In this document: positions 54,021 through 64,000 of the stretch, one piece after another
How the letters are laid out: every line of letters begins with the position of its first letter
Position numbering within the stretch: position 1 is the first letter of the stretch
NCBI RefSeq assembly: GCF_030684315.1
Contig: NC_081397.1
Coordinates: forward strand, 8,866,001-8,930,000
Origin: Stegostoma tigrinum
Lineage: Eukaryota
DNA: 64,000 nt
Direction of reading: 5' to 3'
Translations under genes and position numbers: made by a program
Notes under the pieces: model-generated
Databases searched by the model: none
What the model saw: only the letters and a program-made list of their open reading frames with translations
Told to the model about the DNA's origin: nothing

Positions 54021-54792
54021 TGCTTCCTCGGCTTTACGCAGCTCTGGATGCTGCAGTGTGTTATGGCTCACTTGAACAGTGTTTTGATGCAGCTCCATTA
54101 GTGGGGATTGGGGTGATTGCTGTTGTAGTTGAGTACCTGATCAGTATGTATTAAAAACTGTAATAACTGCACTGTCAAGACTCTTGTAACTGAAACTGAC
54201 AGATACAGATTGATGTGGAGTGCCTCGGAGATGGATTCTTGGAACAGCTGGTACTGGAACCTACCAGGGAGAAGGCAATTCTGGGTCTGGTGTTGTGCAA
54301 TGAACCAGATTTGATGAGGGACTTCAAAGTAGAGGAGCCATGAGGAAGTAGTGACCATAATATGATAAGTTTTAATCTGCAATTTGAGAGGGAGAAGGGA
54401 GAATCGGAAGTGTCAGTATTGGCGTTGAACAAAGGGAACTATGGAGCTATGAGGGAGGAGCTGGCCAAAGTTCAATGGTTCAATACCCTCGCAGGGATGG
54501 CAGTGGAACAACAATGGCAGGTATTTCTGGATATAATGCAGAAGGTGCAGGATCCATTCATTCCAAAGAGGAAGAAAGATCCTATGGGGAGGCAGGGCCG
54601 GCCGTGGCTGACAAGGGAAGTTAAGGACTGTATGAAGATAAAAAAGAAGTAGTATAACATAGCAAAGATGAGCGGGAAGCCGGAGGACTGGGACAGTTTT
54701 AAACACCAACAGAGGGTAACAAAAAAGGCAATACATGGAGAAAAAAATGAGGTACGAAGGCACACTGGCCAAAAATATAAGAGGATAGTAAA

Positions 54793-55546
54793 GGACATCT
54801 GCCAATGTGGTATACTGCATCCACTGTACCCGGTGTGGCTCCCTCTACATTGGGGAAACCAAGCGGAGGCTTGGGGACCGCTTTGCAGAACACCTCCGCT
54901 CAGTTCGCAACAAACAACTGCACCTCCCAGTCGCAAACCATTTCCACTCCCCCTCCCATTCTTTCGATGACATGTCCATCATGGGCCTCCTGCAGAGCCA
55001 CAATGATGCCACCCAAAGGTTGCAGGAACAGCAACTCATATTCCGCCTGGGAACCCTGCAGCCTAACGGTATCATTGTGGACTTCACTAGTTTCAAAATC
55101 TCCCCTTCCCCCACCACATCCCTAAACCAGCCCAGTTCGTCCCCTCCCCCCACTGCACCACACAACCAGCCCAGCTCTTCCCCTCCACCCACTGCATCCC
55201 AAAACCAGTCCAACCAGTCTCTGCCTCCCTAACCTGTTCTTCCTCTCACCCATCCCTTCCTCCCACCCCAAGCCGCACCCCCATCTACTAACCTCATCCC
55301 ACCTCCTTGACCTGTCCATCTTCCCTGGACTGACCTCTCCCCTCCCTACCTCCCCACCTATACTCTCTCCACCTATCTTCTTTTCTCTCCATCTTCGGTC
55401 CGCCTCCCCCTCTCTCCCTATTTATTCCAGAACCCTCACCCCATCCCCCTCTCTGATGAAGGGTCGAGGCCCGAAACGTCAGCTTTTGTGCTCCTGAGAT
55501 GCTGCTTGGCCTGCTGTGTTTACCCAGCCTCACATTTTATTATCTT
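54793..55546 (+). mobile_element. Young 5'-truncated Penelope-like insertion (GIY-YIG domain and terminal repeat) nested in CR1
   Basis: ORF 54807-55232: VYCIHCTRCGSLYIGETKRRLGDRFAEH...VANHF...EQQLIFRLGTLQPNG. TSD AGAGGATAGTAAA at 54780-54792 and 55552-55564. Confidence 0.93.
55453..55480 (+). ncRNA. Minimal hammerhead ribozyme motif (intact core)
   Basis: CTGATGA-AGGGTC-GA-GGCCC-GAAAC-GTC in the PLE terminal repeat. Confidence 0.72.
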
Positions 55547-57864
55547 AATACAGAGGATAGTAAATGTTTTTTTAGGAATGTGAAAAGAAAAAAAATGGTT
55601 CAGACTAAAATTGGGCCCTTGAAGTCAGAAACGGGTGTATTTATTATGGGGAACAAGGAAACGGCAGAAGTTGAGTAGGTACTTTCCTTGTGTCTTCCCT
55701 CGTGAAGACAGATCGAATCTCCCAGATGTTATAGTGGCTGAAGGACCTAAGGTAATGGATGAACTGAAGGGAATTTATATTAGGCAGGAAATGGTGTTGG
55801 ATTTATTGTTCGGTCTGAAGGCTGATATGTCCCTGAGACCTGATGGTCTGCGTCCCAGGGTACTTAAGGTGGTGGCTCCACAAATCGTGGACGCATTGGT
55901 AATTATTTTCTAATATTCTATAGATTCAGGATCAGTTCCTGCGGATTGGAGGGTGGCTAATGTTGTCCCACTTTTCAAGAAAGGAGGGAAAGAGAAAATA
56001 GGGAATTATAGACCGTTAGCCTGAAGTCAGTGGTGGGAAAGATGCTGACGTCAATCATTAAGGAAGAAATTACGAACTATATGGATAGCAGTAACAGGAT
56101 AGGGCAGAGTCAGCATGGATTTACAAAGGGGGAAATCGTGCTTGACTAATCTTCTGGACTTTTTTGAGGATGTAACTATGAAGATGGACAAGGGAGAGCC
56201 AGTGGATGTAGTGTACCTGGACTTTCAGAAGGCCTTTGATAAAGTCCCACATAGGAGATTAATGAGCAGAATTCGGGCACATGGTATTGGGGGCAAAATA
56301 CTGGCTTGGATTGAAAATTGGCTGGCTGACAGGAAGCAAAGAGTAGTGATAAACGTGTCCCTTTCAGAATGACAGGCAGTGACCAGCGGCGTTCCACAAG
56401 GTTCGGTGCTGGGACCGCAGCGGTTTACAATATACATTAATGATACAGATGAAGGCATTAAAAGTAATATTAGCAAATTTGCTGATGACACAAAGCTGGG
56501 TGGCAGGATGAAATGTGAGGAAGATGTTATGAGAATACAGGTGACTTGGACAGGCTAGGTGAGTGGACGGATGCATGGCAGATGCAGTTTTATGTGGATA
56601 AATGTGTGGTTATCCACTTTGGTGGCAAGAACAGAAAGGCAGATTACGATCTAAATGGAGTCAAGTTAGGTAAAGGGGAAGTTCAACGAGATCTGGGTGT
56701 TCTTGTACATCAGTCAATGAAAGCAAGCATGCAGGTGCAGCAGGCAGTGAAGAAAGCTAATAGCATGCTGGCCTTCATAACAAGAGGAATTGAGTATAGA
56801 AGCAAAGAGGTCCTTCTGCAGCTGTACAGGGCCCTGGTGAGACCGCACCTGGAGTATTGTGTGCCGTTTTGGTCTCCAAATTTGAGGAAGGACATTCTGG
56901 CTATTGAGGGAGTGCAGCGTAGGTTCACAAGGTTAATTCCCAGAATGGCAGGACTATCATATGTTGAAAGATTGGAGTGACTGGGCTTGTGTACACTTGA
57001 GTTGAGGAGGATGAGAGGGAATCTGAGTGAGATGTATAAAATTATTAAGGGTTTGGACACTCTGGAGGCAGGAAACATGTTTCCGTTGATGGGGGAGTCC
57101 AGAACCAGAGGACACAGTTTAAAAATAAGAGGTAGGCCATTTAGAACAGAGTTGAGGAGAAATGTCTTCACCCAGAAAGTGGTGGATGTATGGAATGCTC
57201 TGCCCCAGAAGGCAGTGGAGGCCAAGTCTCTGGATAGTTTCATGAAAGGGACAGATAGAGCTCTTAAAGATAGTGGAATTAAGGATTATGGGGATAAGGC
57301 AGGAACAGCATACTGATTGTGGATGATCAGCCATGATCATAATGAATGGTGGTATTAGCTTGAAGGGCCGAATGGCCTACTCCTGCACCTATCGTCTATT
57401 GTCTAAACATTCACACAGCAAAACAGTGTCGTGGATAGACTGATAATTTCAGACACATATTCACTGAGTAGAAACTGACTGAAAGAGAATGACATCTATA
57501 CTCAGGTACCCAGAGAGCAGAAACTGACAGGAACAGGTTGATGATAACACTGACATGTATAGGGTGATCCCTACACTCTCTCATTCCAATTGCATTAACT
57601 GAGTGGTACAGATTGATTCCTGCACTCTCACATTCACGCAACAGAAAGTGGCAGAGACAGACAGATAACTGCATTCATTCACGCAGCACAAATTGTGAGG
57701 ACGAGGTTGACAACATACACTCTCACATTCACAGAGCAGAAACTGACAGCTGCAAAGTAAATCTGCTCTCAGACATTCACAAAGCAGAAACTGAAAGGCC
57801 CATTTAGATACCCTCACTCTCCGTTTCACACAGCTTAAATGGACAAAATAAAAATGGAAAGAAC

Positions 57865-59032
57865 TACGGATGCTCCCCCCGCAGTGGTCGAGAATGACCT
57901 CATAGCCTCACCCTGCCCCCGCAATAACTGCCAAAAGAGAATCCCCCTTCGTCCTCACTTACCACCCCACCAATGTCTGGATACAATACATCATCCACTG
58001 ACACTTGCACCATCTACGATTCGACCCCACCACCAAAGACATTTTTCCTTCCCCACCCTTGTCTGCCATCCGGAGAGACCACTCTGCGCGACTCCCTTGT
58101 CTGCTCCACACTCTCCTCCAACCCCACCAGACCTGGCGCTTTCCCCTGCAACAGCAGGAAGTGCTACACTTGCCCCCACACATCCTCCCTCACCCGCATC
58201 ACAGGCCCCAAGATGACCTTCCGCATCAAGCAGATGTTCACCTGCCCATCCGTCAATGTGGTATACTGCATCCGCTGTACCCGTTGTGGCTACCTCCACA
58301 TTGGGGAAACCAAGCGGAGGCTTGGTGGCCGCTTTGCAGAACACCTACACTCGGTTTGCCAATAACAACTGGACCTCCCAGTCGCAAACCATTTCAACTC
58401 CCCATCCCAATCCTTAGACAACACGTCCATCCTGGGCATCCTGCAGTGCCATAACGATGCGTAGGTTGCAGGAACAGCAACTCATACTCCGCTTGGGAAC
58501 CCTGCAGCCTAATGGTATCAATGTGGATTTCACCAGCTGCAAAATCTCCCCTCCCCCCCACTATATCCGAAACCAGCCCAGCTCATCCCCGCCTGCCGAA
58601 CCTGTTCTTCCTCTCACCTATTCCCTCCTCCTACCTCATGCCGAACCTCCATTTCCTACCTCCTAACCTCATCCCACCCCCTTGACATGTCCGTCCTCCT
58701 CAGACTGACCTATCCCCTCCCTACCTCCCCACCCATACTCTCCTCTCCACCTATCTTCTCCTCTGTCCATCTTCAGTCCACCTCCCCCTCTGTCTCCCTA
58801 TCTCTTTCAGAATCCTTCTCCCTCTCCCCCTTTTTCTGATGAAGGGTCTAGGCCCGAGATGTCAGCTTTCATGCTCCTAAGATGCTGCTTGGCCTGCTGT
58901 GTTCATCCAGCCCCACACCTTGTTATTTGCGGATGCTGTAAATCGGGAACAAAAACCAAGCTGCTGGAAAAGCTCAGCAGGTCTGGCAGCATCTGTGAGG
59001 GAGAAAATATAGTTAACATTTCAGGTCCAGTG
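57865..59032 (+). mobile_element. Penelope-like element 3' part plus an adjacent second-family terminus
   Basis: ORF 57973-58365 (PCNSRKCYTC...VVYCIRCTRCGYLHIGETKRRL); terminal repeat at 58830-58928. Confidence 0.9.
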
Positions 59033-60240
59033 TACAGATCGATAACTAAACTCACATCTTCACATTGAGAAATCTTTGAGCAAGAGACTGATAATTACAG
59101 TCATACATTCACAGAACAGGAACTCACAGGCACAGATTGATAACTAAACTCATATTTTAACATAGCAGAAACTGACTGGCATAGATTGGAAACTGCATTC
59201 ACATTATCTTGTCAGCTGCATCTAACATGTACAGATAGATAACTACACTCATACATTCACACTGTAAATACTGACAATGACAAACAGATAGCTTCAATCC
59301 CACCTATTGCATAGCAGAAACTGTCAGGAACAGATTGATAACTGCACTCAAATGTTGACACATCAGAAGCTGACCAGCACTGTTTAATATCCAAACTCTC
59401 ATAATCACATACCAGAAAATGGCAGGTACAAATTGACAACCACACTCTCGCATCCACAGTCACAGAAACTGACAGGGAAAGAACTGATAAAAGCATTCAG
59501 ACATTCACATCGCAGACCCTGGCAGAAATAGAGTGACAACTAAACTCTCACATTCTTATAACAGAAACTCATGGATAGACTTAAAATTTATTCATCAAGC
59601 AGAACCTGACAGATACAGAGTGATGACTGCTGCCAAACATTCGCAGAGCACATATGAAAATAAACAAATTGATAACTAAACACCCATTTTCACGTGACAG
59701 GAGACTGATGGGGAAAAATTAGTACATACACTCATACATTCACGAGGCAAAGACAGATATGGACAGAATGATAACTACAATTACACGTTCATGCAGCAGA
59801 ATCTTTCAGGAATGTGCTGATAATTGTACAAACAAACTGACTTAGGAGAAACTGACAGTCACAGATTTAAAACCACACTCTCGTTTTCACAAACTACAAA
59901 AACTGGCAGGTACTGCGTGACACCTGAACTCAAATAGTCACAGAACAAAGTCTCCCAGGTACAGTGTGATAACTACATTCTCACATCTGCCGAACGGAAA
60001 CTAAACTCACGTATTGACAGAGCAGAAATTGGCAGGTCCAGAGTACTGCCTGCACTCTTACATTGATACCACCGAATGGACATTTAGGTACGAGTAACAA
60101 CACTCATGCATTTTCTTGGAGAAACTGTCAGGCATGGATTGAGAACTACACCCACACTTTCACAGAGCACAGATTGAAAGGAACAGACTAATAATGTCAC
60201 ACTTTCAGACAACAGAAATGATAGAGGCAGATGAGCTGAA
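59030..60240 (+). repeat. Degenerate ~49-bp tandem repeat array
   Basis: GATTGATAACT-like cores recur at ~49-50-bp spacing (e.g. 59135, 59184, 59234). Confidence 0.85.
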
Positions 60241-61068
60241 ATATCAAGGGACATTGAGGATCTGGTCAGGAAAGGGAAGAAGGCATACATTGGGTTTAAA
60301 CTATCAGGCTCAAGTGAATCTCTAGATAACTATAAAGAGTGGAGAAGCACACATCAGAGGGAAATCAGAAGAGCAAAAGATGGCATGAAATGGATCTGGC
60401 AGAAAAGGTTATAGAGGCTCCATGGCTATATTAAGACTAAAAGCTTGGCTGGGGAAAGGAGGTCCCCTTAAAGATCAGGTTGGTAGTCCATGTGTGAAGC
60501 CACAGCAGAAGGGGAGGATTTTTAACGAATATTTCTCCTCAGTGTTTGCTGAGGAGAGAATCATGGATACTGAGGAAATAAGGGAAGGAAGTGGAGATAT
60601 TTTGTACCGCACATATATGACCAGAGAGTGAGTGTTTGCAGCCTTAGATCATATTTAAGATGGATGAATTCCCAAGGCCTGATAAAGTCCATCCTCAGAT
60701 TTTGTGGGAAGCTCAGAAAGAAATTGCAGAGGCCCTTCCCTTGCTGAGATTTTAGCCTCATTTTTAGCCACTGCTGAAGTTCTGGATACTGGAGGGTGGC
60801 TAATGTTTTCCATTGTTTAAGAGATGGAGCTAAGACAAGCCAGGGAACTTCCAGCCAGTGAGCCTAACATCAGCAGTAAGCAAGTTATTGGAGAGGATAC
60901 CGATTGACAGGATCAATGAACACAGTCAAGGCATGATTATGGATAGTCATCACGGATTTGTGTGCGGGAAGGTACATCTGACAAATTTTTGAGCTTTTCA
61001 AAGAGGGAACCAAGTGGAGGGCAGTGGATGTACTCTGTATGGACTTTAGTAAGGCCTTTGACAAGGTC
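60240..61068 (+). mobile_element. Decayed CR1 ORF2 middle fragment
   Basis: IFNEYFSSVF; TGGAGGGTGGCTAATGT; ...GACTTTAGTAAGGCCTTTGACAAGGTC (DFSKAFDKV), then an abrupt end. Confidence 0.8.
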
Positions 61069-64000
61069 CTGCACGGCAGAGCCCCTCTCACCGCCAGCCA
61101 AGCAATGTCCTTGTGCTTGTTTTTAAAATTCTGGTGATGACGCATTCTGCTGAACGACTTTGGCAGTCTGCGTGGGCAACGACACGACGGGATCCACATT
61201 CTCCTTTTCCCGAAGGGTCTCGAGGATATTACGTGCTGACCACTGCCTGGCGGCCTTGTGGTCAAAGGTGTTTCAAAAATTTCTCCACGAAGGACAGGTG
61301 GTACGGGACGGTCCAACTACGCAGAGCGTTCTGCGGCAACGAAGCCAGGCCCATCCATCGCAACACAGGGGACAGGTAGAACCTTGGTATGCAGTGACAC
61401 TTGGTGTTTGCGTACTGAGGATCTACGCACAGCTTGATGCAGCTACACACAAAGGTAGCCATCAGGGCGAGGGTGGCGTTCGGTACACCCTTTCCCCTGT
61501 TTTCCAGGTCTTTGTACATGGTGTCCCTGCGGACCTGGTCCATCCAGCCTCGACCCCCAAATGAAGTGGAAGATGGCCCGGGTGACTGCAGCGGCGCAGG
61601 TCCAGAGAATAGGCCAGGCCTGCGCCACATAGAACAGTACCCAAAGCCCCTCTCACCTGACAAACAGGTTCTTACCCGTGATGGAGGGGGACCGGAGCGT
61701 CCACCTGTCCAGCTTCTGCTTCAGTTTGGTGATATGCTCCTCCCAAGTCTTAGTGCACACCTCACCTCCACCGAACCAAACACCCAGCACCTTCAAGTAG
61801 TCTGTCCTGACGGTGAAGGGGACGAAGGAGCAGTCGTCCCAGTTCCGGAAGAACATGGCCACGCTCTTACCCCTATTGACTTTGGCACCCGAGGCCAGTT
61901 CAAACTGGTCGCTGATGTCCAACAGCGTACTCACCGACCGAAGATCGGTGCAGAAGACGGCGACATCGTCCATGTACAGGGAGGTTTTGACCTGAAGGCC
62001 TCCGCTGCCTGGGATAGTCACGCCCTTCAGGCTCACGTCCTCCCTGATGTGGCCAAGGGCCCAATACTGCGCACAAAAAAGGCAGGAGAGAGCGGGCAGC
62101 CCTGCCTGACTCCAGATCTGACGGGAAAACTGTCTGATTCCCACCCATTGATCAAGACTAGGCTAAAGATGTTGGTGTAGAGCAGCCGGATCCAATTGCG
62201 GATGCCCTCCCCGAACCTCAATTTGGAGAGCATGTCCCTCATGTAAGCATGAGAGACCCTGTCGAAGGCCTTCTCCTGGTCCAGGCTGACAAGGCAGGTG
62301 TCCACCCTCCTGTCCTGCACATAGGCGATCATATCCCTGATCAGCGCGACGCTTTCAGCGATCTTCCTGCCCGGCACAGCACAGGTTTGGTCAGGGTGAA
62401 TCGCCGACTCCAGGACAGACCTAACCCGGTTGGCTATGACCTTGGCCAGGATTTTGTAGTCCACGTTCAATAATGAAATGGGACGCCAATTCTTAATTTC
62501 TTCCCTCTCCCCCTTCCTCTTGTAAATGAGGGTGATGATGCCCTTCATCATGGACTGGCACATTTCCCCTGCCCGAAGCGCACTATCGTACACCTCCAGC
62601 AGGTCCTGGCCGACCAGGTCCCACAGAGCGGAATACAGCTCGATCGGTAAGCCGTTGCTCCCAGGAGTCTTATTCCACAACAAGGAATTGAGGACTCTAG
62701 TCAGCTCATCCAGGGATATCGGCTGGTCCAGCCACTCCGTCGTGCCGTTGTCTAAGGCCTCTGCGATAGATCACAGGAACGACTTGGAGGCCGTGCTGTC
62801 TGTCGGCTTCACGTCGTGCAGTCCGGCATAGAAGGATCTGCTGATCCTCAAAATGTCGGGCCGAGAACGACGTCACCGAGCCATCATCCTCCTTCAGCCG
62901 GCTGAGCACAGAGCTTTCCTGGTGCACCTTCTGAAAGAAGAAATGCGAGCACGTCTCGTCCTGCTCCACGGAGCAGACCCTGGACCGGAAGATTATCCTG
63001 GAGGCCTCCGCGGCGAAGAGCGAGACTTGCTGGCCCCTCACCTCGGAGGTCCTCCGTGACTTCGACTGCCATCGACTGCAGAAGGAGCAAGTTCTGCACC
63101 CTTTTCTGGAGTAGCGACAGCTTTCCCCGCCTCTCTCTCGCCTTCCGAACACCCTTGAGGACAAAGAACCTCTTGATGTTCTCCTTCACTGTCTCCCACC
63201 AGTTGCCCGGAGTCTCAAAGAGGGGTTTCACGGTTCTCCAACTGGCGTACTCCCTCCTAAGCTCCTTGACATTCTCTGGGGTCAACAGAGTCGTGTTGAG
63301 CTTCCACGTTCCCTTGCCGGCCTGCTGGTCATCCTGTAAGTGACAGTCGGCCAGCAGGAGGCAGTGGTCAGAGAAGAACACCGGCTCGACGCCGGTGGAC
63401 CTGAGCGAGAACGCCCGTGACACAAACAGGAAGTCTATCCTTGAGCGGATAGAGCCGTCTGGCCGTGACCAGGTGCATCTCCGCTGGGCTCCGTCAGCAG
63501 GGGTGCAGAAGACGTCGAGCAGATTGGCGTCATTCATCGTGCCCATCAGGAATCTGGACATGACGACCAGTTGACTCCCTCCACCCGCTATCCCCACGCC
63601 GGATCTTCCATCTGCATCAATGATGCAGTTGAAGTCTCCGCCTAGGATGACCGGCCTGGATGTAGCCAGCAGGGGTGGAAGCCGCTGCAGGACGGCCAAC
63701 CGCTCACTCCGTACCGCTGGGGCGTACACATTGATCAGCCTCCGGAGAGCGTTCCTGTAGGTGACATCAACCACTAGGTGGCGACCCCCCACCACCTCCT
63801 GAACTTGAGAGATGGCGAAGTTGCGCCCCTGCAGCAGAATAGCCAGGCCCAAGGAGCGACAGTCGTTACCACCCGACCAGATCAAAGGCCCACAGGTCCA
63901 GGCGCTGGACCTTTTCCCTGTGCCTGCTGAGGTGCAGTATCCCACAGTCCTGCAGAAACAGGAGGTCCGCCTTGACTGTAGTCAGGTAGGCCAACATGGA
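61069..64000 (-). mobile_element. Tx1-like (L1 clade) LINE ORF2 relic (APE and RT), running off the window end
   Basis: 62884-63945 (LINVYAP...GGDFNC...SRIDFLF...FSDH); 62033-62683 (KTPGSNGLP...NWRPISLLNVDYKILAK...DQEKAFDRV...GVRQGCPLSP); 61653-62144 (YMDD); frameshifted. Confidence 0.93.

Larger units (their letters stand above)
54215..57405 (+). mobile_element. CR1 LINE ORF2 relic (different subfamily), interrupted by a PLE
   Basis: ORF pieces 54362-54652, 55635-55913, 56115-56372 (YLDFQKAFDKVPH), 56546-56980 and 56987-57316; 3' tail near 57360-57405. Confidence 0.93.

Overview
Eukaryotic, vertebrate-type DNA. The repeat families and histone sequences suggest a shark or other cartilaginous fish (inference). 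The window is part of a dispersed replication-dependent histone locus with four intact, intronless genes: H1 (15092-15730 +), H2A (27371-27763 +), H3.2 (33317-33727 -) and a second H1 (35046-35669 -). Each has a 3' stem-loop and a purine-rich downstream element; no H2B or H4 is present. The two H1 genes lie in the arms of a large, old inverted duplication. An unrecognised, repeated spliced transcription unit is interleaved with the histone genes. It has three copies of a GC-rich promoter (NRF1 and AP-1 sites) with a first exon, seven copies of an ~82-nt exon with conserved splice signals, and introns filled with a degenerate ~49-bp tandem repeat whose orientation follows the unit. The rest is mostly decayed retroelements: CR1 LINEs (one near full length), a Tx1-like LINE, a Rex1-like LINE, SINE fragments and many Penelope-like (GIY-YIG) elements. 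The Penelope-like termini carry minimal hammerhead-ribozyme motifs and form short palindromic insertions with target-site duplications. All comparisons were made by eye and TE boundaries are approximate.
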